From the NCBI GenBank assembly GCA_009937455.1, contig JAACFN010000002.1:1-62370 (forward strand): DNA of 62,370 nucleotides, read 5' to 3'. Below, in pieces: positions 20,662-32,518 of this stretch (positions are counted from its first letter, which is position 1; every line of letters begins with the position of its first letter). The notes under the pieces were generated by a model, which was not told the DNA's origin, ran no database searches, and was given only the letters and a program-made list of their open reading frames with translations. The stretch is from Verrucomicrobiaceae bacterium (GTDB lineage: Bacteria > Verrucomicrobiota > Verrucomicrobiia > Verrucomicrobiales > Akkermansiaceae). A program made the translations under genes and the position numbers.

Positions 20662-21231
20662 TTACTTGTCTTCGCCTTTGTCGTCCTCAGCGGGAGCGGC
20701 GGCTTCTTTTGCTACCTCGGCCTTGACCTCAGCTACTTCTTCGACTTCTGCCTTCACTTCCTCAACTTCCTCGACGGCCTCCTCTACTTTTTCTTGCTTC
20801 TCCTTTTTGGCAGCCTTTGTAGCAGCTTTTTTCTTTGGCTTAGAAACTTGATCGCGCTTCTTTGGCTTAGATGAACGCTCACGTGGCTCAGGAATTTCTT
20901 CCTCGTCAGTTAGCACAATGTAGAGATGGCTCGTGCGCTTGCGAATTGCACTAGCTGAACCACGAGCACGTGGCTTGAAACGCTTGAATGTAGGTCCGTC
21001 ACCAACGGTGGCTTCCTTAATCGTCAATTCGTCAGCGACAAGCTCATGATTATTCTCAGCATTAGCAACGGCACTCTTGAGTGTCTTACCCACAAGCTGT
21101 GCAGCTTTACGTGGAGTGTATGCGAGAACATCAAGGGCATCAGACACTGGCATGCCTTGAATAGCACGAGCAACGTCACGAGCCTTCTTAGGCGAAATGC
21201 GGGCGTATTTGTATGTGGATTTAACTTCCAT
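20662..21231 (-). CDS. rplV: 50S ribosomal protein L22 with charged C-terminal extension
   Basis: RISPKKAR, SAVANAENN, PRARG...KRTSH; ~80 aa extra K/E/A tail. Confidence 0.96.
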   Translation of the reverse strand: MEVKSTYKYARISPKKARDVARAIQGMPVSDALDVLAYTPRKAAQLVGKTLKSAVANAENNHELVADELTIKEATVGDGPTFKRFKPRARGSASAIRKRTSHLYIVLTDEEEIPEPRERSSKPKKRDQVSKPKKKAATKAAKKEKQEKVEEAVEEVEEVKAEVEEVAEVKAEVAKEAAAPAEDDKGEDK

Positions 21232-21259
21232 CGGTTTAGTTATTTGTAAAAGTAATTGG

Positions 21260-22000
21260 TTATCGTTGTGAAATATTTATGGAGGCGATGTCGCCTGACC
21301 GAACAGCCTCGTGGGACTCGTCTAGTTGCGTAGGAAGCAAACCGCTGAAGTCCTTACGAACATCGGTGACGATAGCTTCTGCAACCTTCTGCTTGCCACG
21401 CATAATAGTGAAAGTCATGCCCCGTCGGACGGATTGATTTTCTCCTGCATTGACTACCAATACCCCGCTCTCTGCGTCGATACTGATAATTTTTGCATGC
21501 TGCAGACTTCCTTGCGTAAGCTGCGGGCGCGGGTTCTGCCTTAATCCGAGCGCTACGTCAAGCTCTCGTATTGAAGTTTCCAAGCGAATTCGTGAATCAG
21601 GATCGGCTGCGACGGCGGTGCGAAGATATTCACGCATATCCACCATAAGTTGCAGTGCCGCTTTTTCCGTAGCACGGTATTGCTTATCAATGACTTCTGT
21701 ATTCTTTACTGCATCGAGGATAGCATCCTGGCCGCCATTGAGCAGATTATCACCGAGAGCCGCAAAGCGCAGGCGTAAATCATTTAATCCCCTACTCAAC
21801 TCAGCCTCTCGCTCTTTGGAAGCTGCAAGATCACGCGCAAGCGTATGATTGTATTGCTGTACCTTCTCAAGTTGGAGTTGAAGTTGGCGGAGTTTTACAT
21901 CCTTCCCTTCGCTACTCTCTGGAGATCCATTGCATACACACACCGCACCTAGGAGTAAAACTCCGGTGATAGCTGAGGTGATGTGATTTGCTTGGATCAT
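21260..22000 (-). CDS. hypothetical secreted coiled-coil protein inserted in S10 operon
   Basis: 246 aa ORF filling the rpsS-rplV gap; hydrophobic N-terminus, heptad-rich middle, beta-rich C-terminus. Confidence 0.85.
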   Translation of the reverse strand: MIQANHITSAITGVLLLGAVCVCNGSPESSEGKDVKLRQLQLQLEKVQQYNHTLARDLAASKEREAELSRGLNDLRLRFAALGDNLLNGGQDAILDAVKNTEVIDKQYRATEKAALQLMVDMREYLRTAVAADPDSRIRLETSIRELDVALGLRQNPRPQLTQGSLQHAKIISIDAESGVLVVNAGENQSVRRGMTFTIMRGKQKVAEAIVTDVRKDFSGLLPTQLDESHEAVRSGDIASINISQR

Positions 22001-22045
22001 AAGAATATCGAAAAAGTAAATTTGCAGGTTCTTTTAGTAGTCGGA

Positions 22046-22315
22046 TTAGCGCTTACCTATACCCCCGTGGGCTCTGAAGATACGTGTAGGCGAAAATTCG
22101 CCCAACTTGTGGCCAACCATGTTCTCGTTTACATAGACGGTCACGAATGACTTTCCATTGTGAACGTGGAATGTGTGTCCAACAAAGTCTGGAGTGATGA
22201 CGGATTTACGGCTCCATGTTTTGATGGGCTTCTTGTCTTTGCTGGCTTCTGCTGCATCAATTTTTGAGAGCAGCTTCTGGTCAACGAAAGCACCTTTTTT
22301 GAGTGATCTTGGCAT
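22046..22315 (-). CDS. rpsS: 30S ribosomal protein S19
   Basis: [25 protein letters not shown]. Confidence 0.98.
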   Translation of the reverse strand: MPRSLKKGAFVDQKLLSKIDAAEASKDKKPIKTWSRKSVITPDFVGHTFHVHNGKSFVTVYVNENMVGHKLGEFSPTRIFRAHGGIGKR

Positions 22316-22338
22316 ATTAATTATCAGTTAAAGATTTA

Positions 22339-23175
22339 TTACTTCTTACGGCGTGAAACAATGAACTTGTTGGACGGCTTGTATTTCTTGCGAGTTTTTT
22401 GACCCTTGGTGTGACCCCAAGGTGATTTGAGGTGTTGGCGACCACCACCAGACTTGGACTTACCCTCACCACCACCATTGGGGTGATCAACAGGGTTCAT
22501 GCACATACCGCGAACTGTTGGGCGTACACCCTTCCAGCGACTACGGCCTGCTTTACCAGAAACTTCGTTCATGTGGTCACGGTTGCCTACTTGGCCAATC
22601 GTGCAGTAACAGCTCTGATTAAACTTACGGATCTCACCAGAAGGCATTTTAACGAGCGCGTGTCCACCCTCTTCACGGTTGGATAGCACAGCTTGTTGGC
22701 CAGCAGAACGGGCAATCTTACCACCTGTCCCGGGAGTCATTTCAATATTGTGAATAGCAGTTCCAAGCGGCACGTGCTTAAGTTGCATTGCATTACCCGG
22801 CTTGGGTGCTGCTGTTGCGCTTGAGATGACTGTATCACCAACACTGAGTCCAACAGGAGCTAGGATATAGCTTAATACACCGTCCTCATATTTAATGAGT
22901 GCAATGCGACAAGTGCGGTTTGGATCATACTCGATACTTTGGACAACTGCGGGAACGTCCACCTTGCTGCGCTTAAAGTCGACAAGACGGTATTTACGTT
23001 TGTGACCACCACCTTTGTGACGGCATGTAATGCGGCCCTGGTTGTTACGTCCACCGCTCTTCTTGAGTGGGCGGGTTAGACTTTTTTCAGGTGTCGTTTT
23101 GGTAATCTCCTCGTAGGTTGGCCACTCTTTGTAGCGGTTCGATGGAGTTACTGGTTTGAATTTTTTAAGAGGCAT
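22339..23175 (-). CDS. rplB: 50S ribosomal protein L2
   Basis: [27 protein letters not shown]. Confidence 0.98.
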   Translation of the reverse strand: MPLKKFKPVTPSNRYKEWPTYEEITKTTPEKSLTRPLKKSGGRNNQGRITCRHKGGGHKRKYRLVDFKRSKVDVPAVVQSIEYDPNRTCRIALIKYEDGVLSYILAPVGLSVGDTVISSATAAPKPGNAMQLKHVPLGTAIHNIEMTPGTGGKIARSAGQQAVLSNREEGGHALVKMPSGEIRKFNQSCYCTIGQVGNRDHMNEVSGKAGRSRWKGVRPTVRGMCMNPVDHPNGGGEGKSKSGGGRQHLKSPWGHTKGQKTRKKYKPSNKFIVSRRKK

Positions 23176-23245
23176 AATACGCTATTGGGTTCGATGTTAT
23201 CGTTTTTCAGCGGAAATAGGTTAATATATAGGGCGTGATCTAGAA

Positions 23246-23530
23246 TTAGACGAGGTCAAGTGTTTCGCCGTCCTTGAGACGGACGATGGCTTTTTTCCAG
23301 TGCGCAGTGCGGCCTGCATCAGCGCGGCGATTGCGCTTGCTCTTGCCGCGGCAGTTAAGAGTGCGGACAGCAGCTACTTTCTTTCCGAAAAGTTGCTCAA
23401 TGGCGCGCTTGATTTCGAGTTTGTTCGCATTGCGGTCAACCTTAAACACGTATTCGTTGTTTTCCTCCTGTAGAAGGGTGGCTTTCTCACTGATGAGAAC
23501 CGTGTCGATGACTTGATAAATATCTTTCAT
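23246..23530 (-). CDS. rplW: 50S ribosomal protein L23
   Basis: ISEK, ANKLEIKRAIE.LF, WKKAIV.L. Confidence 0.97.
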   Translation of the reverse strand: MKDIYQVIDTVLISEKATLLQEENNEYVFKVDRNANKLEIKRAIEQLFGKKVAAVRTLNCRGKSKRNRRADAGRTAHWKKAIVRLKDGETLDLV

Positions 23531-23553
23531 GTTACGATTTGTAGTTAAATGGT

Positions 23554-24159
23554 TTAGGCTGTGCGGCTTGCTAGCGTTTCGTATGCGTCTTCAACGATGA
23601 TCACCGTGTCAGCAAGAAGAAGCTGTTCGATGTTCATTTCAGCTGCAGTAATAAGCAAAACGTTCTGAACGTTGCGCCCGGCGAGATAGGTTTTATCATC
23701 AAACTTCTCAGCAACTACGAGCACATTACGAGCATCGCTAATTCCCTTGATCGCTGCAGCAAATGACTTGGTCTTACCGTCTTCGATAGAGAAACTTGGC
23801 ACCGAAATGATACGCTCAGCACTGATGAGATCACCAAGCACCTTACGTAATGCAAGCTTGCGTGTTCCCTTGTTGACTGTTTTGGCATAGGAGCGAGGGC
23901 GTGGTCCGAAGACAATACCGCCACCACGCCACACAGGGTTTTTGTTGGTGCCTGCACGTGCACGACCAGTTCCTTTCTGCTTCCAGAGCTTTTTATTAGA
24001 ACCCTTCACTTCACCACGAGTTTTCGTGCATGCAGTGCCACTACGGCGGTTAGCGCGGTAAGCGGTTACGAGGTCGTGCACAGCTTGATCACCCTTGGGG
24101 CCTTCGACCACTTGGATATTCGCAGCTTGTGCGTCTTTAATAGAGAGTGTTTTTGACAT
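23554..24159 (-). CDS. rplD: 50S ribosomal protein L4
   Basis: [27 protein letters not shown]. Confidence 0.98.
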   Translation of the reverse strand: MSKTLSIKDAQAANIQVVEGPKGDQAVHDLVTAYRANRRSGTACTKTRGEVKGSNKKLWKQKGTGRARAGTNKNPVWRGGGIVFGPRPRSYAKTVNKGTRKLALRKVLGDLISAERIISVPSFSIEDGKTKSFAAAIKGISDARNVLVVAEKFDDKTYLAGRNVQNVLLITAAEMNIEQLLLADTVIIVEDAYETLASRTA

Positions 24160-24228
24160 GATTAGTTATCAGTTAATGGTTATCGGTTAATCAGATAATG
24201 TCCGGAAGCAGAGCCGCCGGTGGTTGTA

Positions 24229-24885
24229 TTAGCTGGCAGATAGTGCTGTCTTCTTCACTGCAGGACGAATGACAACGTAAGCACCCTTGTGGCCTGGAAC
24301 AGCACCAGATACGAGAATGACGTTATCTTCAGGACGAACCTGAACGACTTTGAGATTTTGAACCGTGCGGCTGTAGACACCGTGACGACCAGGCATCTTC
24401 TTGTTTTTCCAAATACGTCCAGGCCATGTTCCTGCACCTACACCACCGGGACGACGGTGCATCATGTGGCCGTGGGAGTCAGGTTGACCGGCGAAGTTGT
24501 AGCGTTTCACAACACCTTGGAAACCCTTACCTTTAGTAGTTCCAACGACGTCGATCCACTGGTTAGCCTCAAATAAGGCAGCACCAGGATGTGGTTCATC
24601 AGTGTTGGGAATTTCAGCATCACTCTCAAAGCGGAACTCCTTTACGAGTTTCTTAGGTGATGTGCCATACTTGTTGAAGTGACCGCGCTTGGGGAGGTTA
24701 AGGCGGAATTCACGTTGGTCGTCATATCCAACCTGAACAGCGGAGTATCCGTCTGTCTCGGAGGTTTTGACCTGGAGAAATTCATTGCCTGAAACGTCAA
24801 CAACAGTGACTGGTATTGATGTGCCAGCTTCTGCGTCAAATACGCGGGTCATGCCGACTTTTTTTCCTAGTAGTCCTAGTGCCAT
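24229..24885 (-). CDS. rplC: 50S ribosomal protein L3
   Basis: GKKVGMT, DGYSAVQ, KGKGFQGVVKR, KKMPG. Confidence 0.98.
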   Translation of the reverse strand: MALGLLGKKVGMTRVFDAEAGTSIPVTVVDVSGNEFLQVKTSETDGYSAVQVGYDDQREFRLNLPKRGHFNKYGTSPKKLVKEFRFESDAEIPNTDEPHPGAALFEANQWIDVVGTTKGKGFQGVVKRYNFAGQPDSHGHMMHRRPGGVGAGTWPGRIWKNKKMPGRHGVYSRTVQNLKVVQVRPEDNVILVSGAVPGHKGAYVVIRPAVKKTALSAS

Positions 24886-24943
24886 GGTATTGGTAAGATT
24901 TATGAGTTAAAATAAGTGATTAATGATGATGTAACACTGAGGG

Positions 24944-25252
24944 TCAGATCTTGATTGCAATGTCTACACCGGCAGGGAGATTGAGCTTCTTGAGCTCGTC
25001 TACGGTGCGCGCTGTTGGATCGACGATGTCAAGCATACGCTTGTGTGTGCGGATCTCGAACTGCTCGGCAGACTTCTTGTTCTGGTTTACAGAACGGTTG
25101 ACGCTGAATTTCTCAATGCGAGTGGGCAATGGGATAGGGCCGGCAACTTTGGCACCGGTGCGTTTGGCTGTTTCGACAATTTCCATAGCGGACTTGTCAA
25201 TGGCGCGGTGATCATAAGCGCGCAGGCGGATTCTGATTTTCTGCTGTTGCAT
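24944..25252 (-). CDS. rpsJ: 30S ribosomal protein S10
   Basis: [25 protein letters not shown]. Confidence 0.98.
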   Translation of the reverse strand: MQQQKIRIRLRAYDHRAIDKSAMEIVETAKRTGAKVAGPIPLPTRIEKFSVNRSVNQNKKSAEQFEIRTHKRMLDIVDPTARTVDELKKLNLPAGVDIAIKI

Positions 25253-25307
25253 ATCGGATGTTAGTTAGAGTAGTTAAGAGATGTTTTGTTGTCTTGAGAT
25301 AGATGAT

Positions 25308-27461
25308 TTAGCTAGCGTAGGCATACTCATTAGTGAGTTCGTCGACAATAGCTTGTGGGACTTGCTCGAAGCTACGAGGCCTCATGGTGTAGTCAGCACG
25401 TCCGCTGGAAAGAGTTCTTATCGCTGTGGAGTAGCCAAACATTTCAGCAAGAGGAACGTGTGCTTTGAGCACCGCATGCGTTGGCTTGTTTTCGATCTCC
25501 TGAATTTGACCACGACGGCGATTCAGGTCTCCCATAATGTCCCCTTGGTAGTCTTCAGGGGTGGTGACTTCTACGTCCATGACTGGTTCGAGAAGGATCG
25601 GCTTGGCATTTTTAAAGGCATCACGAACACCTAAGATAGCAGCCATCTTAAATGCATTTTCATTTGAGTCTACTTCATGGTAGGAACCATCTGTGATGTT
25701 GACGTGCACATCAACAACCGGGTAGCCAGCGATGATGCCGTTTGACATGGCGATCTGCACACCCGATAAAACGGAATTGATAAATTCTTTCGGAATAGCT
25801 CCACCCACAACAAGATTGTCGATCGTGATTCCTTTTCCTTTTTCTTCAGGGGCAACATCCAATACAACGTGGCCATATTGACCGCGTCCACCGGATTGTT
25901 TGACGAGTTTACCGACACCGTCGGCAGCGCAACTAATGGTCTCGCGGTAGGCGATCTGTGGCTTACCGACGTTGCACTCCACCTTAAATTCGCGCTTCAT
26001 GCGATCAACAATGACCTCTAAGTGAAGCTCGCCCATTCCAGAAATGATTGTTTGGCCTGTATCTTCGTCGGTTTTAACCACAAATGTAGGGTCCTCTTCC
26101 GATAGACGTGCTAAAGCAAGTGACATCTTCTCTTGGTCAGCAACTGTTCTAGGCTCAACAGCCATCGAGATGACAGGTTCTGGGAAAAGTGGTGGTTCGA
26201 GCATAATCTCGAAATTCTGCTGACAGATGGTGTCACCCGTTTGGACATTTTTAAGACCTACAATGGCTGCAATGTCTCCTGCGTAACAGGTTTCAATGTC
26301 TTCGTGCTTATCCGCATGCATCTTGATAAGACGACCGATGCGTTCTTTTTTACAAGTGCGGGGATTGTAGACCATGTCTCCTTTGGAAACCATGCCTGAG
26401 TAAACGCGGAAGAAGACAAGCTTACCGACGTATTTGTCTGCCCATAGTTTGAATGCGAGCGAACAGAATTTTTCGTTGTCGTCAGTTTTAGCAAACACCT
26501 CTAATGACTCATCATCTGGAGATTGTCCTTGAGCTGCTGGGATATCAAGTGGGCTTGGCAGGTAATCAACTACTGCATCTACCAAGAATTGAACCCCTTT
26601 GTTCTTAAAGGCGGAGCCGCCTGCAACAGGAACAATCTGGTTGGCAATAGTGGCGCGGCGAAGTGCTTGTTTGAGGTCGTCTGTGGTGATTTCCTCTTCC
26701 ATGAGGAATTTCTCACCCAGCTCCTCATCGCAATCACATAAGATAGATTGGAGCTCTTCGCGTGCAGCCTCTGCCTCAGCAAGAAGATCACCCTCGAGGT
26801 CCTGAATGTCGAAGGTCGAGCCCATGGCGTCATCATCCTTATAGATAACGGCCTTCATATTGAGCACGTCAATTTGGCCCTGAAGGTTTTCTTCAGCACC
26901 AATAGGAATGAGGATGCGAACGGCTTGAACACCGAACTTTTCCTTCACATCCTGGAAAACATTTTCGAAGTTGGCACCAGTGCGGTCCATCTTGTTGACA
27001 AAAACAATGCGAGGAACGCCGTATTTGTCTGCTTGGCGCCAAACTGTCTCGGTCTGGGGCTGAACGCCGGCAACACCACAGAAGACGACGATGGCACCGT
27101 CAAGAACCCGAAGTGAGCGCTCTACCTCTGCGGTAAAGTCAACGTGACCTGGGGTATCGATAATATTGATACGCTGCTTCTGCTTTTCAAAAAGCTTAGT
27201 CACACCCTCGATAGGATGCTGAATCCACTCACAAGTAACGGCAGCCGAGGTAATAGTGATACCACGCTCACGCTCTTGTTCCATATGATCGGTGACCGTA
27301 GCGCCATCGTGAACTTCACCAATGCGGTGAATCATACCCGTGTAAAAAAGAATACGCTCAGTAAGCGTAGTCTTCCCCGCATCAATGTGCGCAGCGATCC
27401 CAATATTCCGCGTCCGCTCCAGAGGGTATGGACGGTTTGGATTATTAGGATTCTCGGACAT
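25308..27461 (-). CDS. fusA: elongation factor G (str-operon copy)
   Basis: [45 protein letters not shown]. Confidence 0.98.
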   Translation of the reverse strand: MSENPNNPNRPYPLERTRNIGIAAHIDAGKTTLTERILFYTGMIHRIGEVHDGATVTDHMEQERERGITITSAAVTCEWIQHPIEGVTKLFEKQKQRINIIDTPGHVDFTAEVERSLRVLDGAIVVFCGVAGVQPQTETVWRQADKYGVPRIVFVNKMDRTGANFENVFQDVKEKFGVQAVRILIPIGAEENLQGQIDVLNMKAVIYKDDDAMGSTFDIQDLEGDLLAEAEAAREELQSILCDCDEELGEKFLMEEEITTDDLKQALRRATIANQIVPVAGGSAFKNKGVQFLVDAVVDYLPSPLDIPAAQGQSPDDESLEVFAKTDDNEKFCSLAFKLWADKYVGKLVFFRVYSGMVSKGDMVYNPRTCKKERIGRLIKMHADKHEDIETCYAGDIAAIVGLKNVQTGDTICQQNFEIMLEPPLFPEPVISMAVEPRTVADQEKMSLALARLSEEDPTFVVKTDEDTGQTIISGMGELHLEVIVDRMKREFKVECNVGKPQIAYRETISCAADGVGKLVKQSGGRGQYGHVVLDVAPEEKGKGITIDNLVVGGAIPKEFINSVLSGVQIAMSNGIIAGYPVVDVHVNITDGSYHEVDSNENAFKMAAILGVRDAFKNAKPILLEPVMDVEVTTPEDYQGDIMGDLNRRRGQIQEIENKPTHAVLKAHVPLAEMFGYSTAIRTLSSGRADYTMRPRSFEQVPQAIVDELTNEYAYAS

Positions 27462-27523
27462 GGTGTTGAGGCGGGTTACTTATATTCGTATTTTACTCAG
27501 AAAAACGGGTGACATCTACTGGA

Positions 27524-27997
27524 TTACCAGCGGAAGTGAGCAAAGGCACGGTTGGCCTGTGCCATCTTGTGCATGTCGTCGCGCTTACGAACGGCATTGC
27601 CTTGGTTGTTGGCAGCGTCTTTAATCTCATTAGCGAGAGCTACGTGCATTGGAGTGCCCTTCTTGGAACGAGCAAAGTTAACAAGCCAACGCATAGCAAG
27701 CGACTCAGAGCGACCAGCGTCAACTTCAAGTGGCACTTGATAGGTAGCACCACCAACACGACGGCTTTTCACCTCTACGCGTGGTTTTGCATTTTCGAGA
27801 GCACGTGTGACAACTTCGAGAGGATCGATGGTGTCTGTGCCGTCATTGGCCTTATCGATAGCAGAATAGACGATACGCTCTGAGAGTGAGCGCTTACCGT
27901 CGCGCATGACTTTGCTGATGAGCTTTCCGACTACGGGGCTATCGTAGCGTGGGTCACGTGTTTCCGGGCGGTTGTAAACTTTTTTACGGCGAGCCAT
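27524..27997 (-). CDS. rpsG: 30S ribosomal protein S7
   Basis: SRRVGGATYQVP, HKMAQANRAFAHFRW. Confidence 0.98.
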   Translation of the reverse strand: MARRKKVYNRPETRDPRYDSPVVGKLISKVMRDGKRSLSERIVYSAIDKANDGTDTIDPLEVVTRALENAKPRVEVKSRRVGGATYQVPLEVDAGRSESLAMRWLVNFARSKKGTPMHVALANEIKDAANNQGNAVRKRDDMHKMAQANRAFAHFRW

Positions 27998-28027
27998 TGT
28001 ATTATTGGTTTATAGATTGGGGGAAAA

Positions 28028-28402
28028 TTACTTCTTAGGACGCTTCGTTCCATACTTGGAACGAGCTTGTGCACGCTTGTCGACACCAAGTGTATCGAGC
28101 GCACCACGAACGATGTGATAACGAACACCAGGAAGGTCTTTTACTCGGCCACCTCGAACAAGCACGATTGAGTGCTCTTGAAGGTTGTGACCTTCACCGC
28201 CGATGTAGGCGATCACTTCCTGACCGTTGGTGAGACGAACCTTGGCTACCTTACGGAGAGCTGAGTTTGGCTTCTTGGGCGTACGAGTCATGACCTGGAG
28301 ACAGACGCCACGACGCTGCGGGCAACTGTTAAGGGCACGTGACTTGGACTTGGTCACTGGTGTCTTGCGTCCTTTGCGGACGAGCTGGTTAATGGTAGGC
28401 AT
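28028..28402 (-). CDS. rpsL: 30S ribosomal protein S12
   Basis: [22 protein letters not shown]. Confidence 0.99.
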   Translation of the reverse strand: MPTINQLVRKGRKTPVTKSKSRALNSCPQRRGVCLQVMTRTPKKPNSALRKVAKVRLTNGQEVIAYIGGEGHNLQEHSIVLVRGGRVKDLPGVRYHIVRGALDTLGVDKRAQARSKYGTKRPKK

Positions 28403-28678
28403 ATTCCTGCGTGTTTTTAGTTTGATTGATGATTGATTGGTAAAATCAAGAATGCTTTGATGAGAAAATCTTAGTTTGAATTGTGAAAACGGCTAGCTGA
28501 CTTAATAAAGCCAGTGGAAACGATCAAACTACCGAGGTGCGCCCAAGAGGCACGAGGTATATTAAGTGACCTCGAAAACCGCCTCTTGTCCGGAGCTACC
28601 CGATAGTTTAACTGCCTTCCCGCAGCTTTCTTATTGTTGTCCTGACCATTGGTTTGAATCGCTGGGCTAGGACGGGGG
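28403..28678 (-). promoter_or_regulatory. long structured 5' leader of rpsL operon (candidate r-protein leader RNA)
   Basis: Nested complementary segments 28526-28609 plus smaller hairpins between the predicted promoter and rpsL. Confidence 0.5.
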
Positions 28679-28684
28679 GCGGCG

Positions 28685-28712
28685 AATATACAAATGCGCC
28701 TCCATCTGGCAA
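28685..28712 (-). promoter_or_regulatory. sigma70-like promoter of rpsL operon
   Basis: TTGCCA-16bp-TATATT followed by GC-rich discriminator CGCCGCCCCCC. Confidence 0.6.
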
Positions 28713-28886
28713 GACGTATTTCGTTTTTTTTTCGATTATTTTAAGGTTCTACTCAAAAACCGTTCAAAATAAACATCTCCTGTCTGCTTAGTAGACCACC
28801 GCGTGCCTGTGGACATACCGTGCTGGGTGGCTGGCCTGCCCGAGGCAGATCGAAAAAACAGCTTCATTGAAGCCAAAAAGTGGGAA

Positions 28887-28961
28887 TGGTAGCAGGACGG
28901 AGATTTGAACTCCGGACCTAAGGCTTATGAATCCTCCGCTCTACCCCTGAGCTATCCTGCC
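28887..28961 (-). tRNA. tRNA with CAT anticodon, probably elongator tRNA-Met
   Basis: GGCAGGATAGCTCAGGGGTAGAGCGGAGGATTCATAAGCCTTAGGTCCGGAGTTCAAATCTCCGTCCTGCTACCA; paired 1-72, no GGG/CCC anticodon stem so not initiator; Ile2 not fully excluded. Confidence 0.9.
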
Positions 28962-29194
28962 ATTCCCATTCTTGCCAAAACCTAAGTCTCGGCGGGGTGG
29001 AATTAAATCCACATCTACACTTTGTCGAACAAAAAATAGCATTAAAAATGCGGTTTTGTCACTCTAAGGTTGCCAAATACGTGTAATCCGCTAGTTACAC
29101 GCCGCCGCAGTGACAATTTACCGCGACGAAATTTACTCCCCTTTTGATATTTCCATCAATAGGGGGACCAAAACCAAACTAAGAACCTAAAGCA

Positions 29195-31318
<2,124 letters not shown>

Positions 31319-31341
31319 ATTCTATACTCAACCATTCAATC

Positions 31342-31372
31342 AAACGCCGGCTCGAAAGAGTCGGCGTTTTTT
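31342..31372 (+). terminator. intrinsic terminator after second fusA
   Basis: aaacgccggctc-gaaa-gagtcggcgttttttg. Confidence 0.8.
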
Positions 31373-31436
31373 GTGTTCTCCGCTTGAGCAAACGAGGAGG
31401 CCAAGCGCAATACAAGCGGGTTGCAATACAAGCGGC

Positions 31437-32483
31437 TTATGTCAACGTCCTGCCAAACACCCGAGAATCACGACCGCTAGCAATGAGTTGCTCACGACGT
31501 TCTGCCGGAATCCTTTCCAGGGGCAGCTCTTGATAAGCAAGTTGGCTTTGAAAAAATCCCGCCGCACGATTGGTCAGTGCAAAAACAGATGTGGCACCTT
31601 GCTCGAGAGCTAACTGCTCAGCATGCTGGGCAAGTTCAGCACCATAGCCTAGTGCCTCATGACTCTGCTTAACATACAGGCAAGCAAGCTCAGCAGCCTC
31701 ACAGCCCGGGTAACGAAGAAGCGCTACCGAACCCACGACATTACCATCGATCTCCATCACAGAGTAATCTGCGAGATGCGTTTCGATATCTGCATAGTCT
31801 CGAGGAACGAGACAGGTATTGCGAACAGACCTCCCAATCATACCTAGCAGCTCGACAATATCTTCCTCACGCAATGGACGGATAACACGGTAACTGTCTG
31901 CATAAACCATGGTGCCAGCACCTTCGTTGGAAAATAACTCACTAAGCAATGCTGCTGGATCTGTACCATCGAGGATATGAACACGGGAAATACCGAGCTT
32001 ACAGGCATCTGCGGCCGCAAGCAGTATCGCAGGCTGACCACCCCCTATGGATTCAAGATCCGTAGCACGCACGGCACCTTGAGCTAGCTGCGTCTGTTTA
32101 CATGGTTGTAGAAAAATAAGTTTGGACGCCGCGATTGCCTGCGCCAATACCGCAATTTCATGAGAGAGTGCATCCCGGCCAGCAAGATCAAGAATGATGG
32201 CCTGACCACGCCCCAAGGCCTCACAGATATCTTCTGGAGCCGTGTTTAAATCTGCTACAGCATGGTGACATTTCAACTCAGCCTCGACGGCACGATCCAG
32301 AATTTCATCGTGTTTGTGAATTGTGCTACCAATCACAAGCTGCACACCGATGTTCTGTAAGCTAACCAAATTGAGCATCATTTCCGCAAGTGCGGGCACA
32401 GGAGAATCGACAACAACTACAAATACCTTACCACGGAATTGTGGTACGTATTGTAAAAGGCCTCTGACATCTCCCCAAGACAT
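31437..32483 (-). CDS. argA: amino-acid N-acetyltransferase (reduced AAK domain + GNAT)
   Basis: LQYVPQFRGKVFV, RVHILDG...LLSELFSNEG.GTM, AELACLYV, GRDSRV. Confidence 0.8.
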   Translation of the reverse strand: MSWGDVRGLLQYVPQFRGKVFVVVVDSPVPALAEMMLNLVSLQNIGVQLVIGSTIHKHDEILDRAVEAELKCHHAVADLNTAPEDICEALGRGQAIILDLAGRDALSHEIAVLAQAIAASKLIFLQPCKQTQLAQGAVRATDLESIGGGQPAILLAAADACKLGISRVHILDGTDPAALLSELFSNEGAGTMVYADSYRVIRPLREEDIVELLGMIGRSVRNTCLVPRDYADIETHLADYSVMEIDGNVVGSVALLRYPGCEAAELACLYVKQSHEALGYGAELAQHAEQLALEQGATSVFALTNRAAGFFQSQLAYQELPLERIPAERREQLIASGRDSRVFGRTLT

Positions 32484-32518
32484 GAAATGATAACATTAAA
32501 ATCGTAAATGCACTCTAC

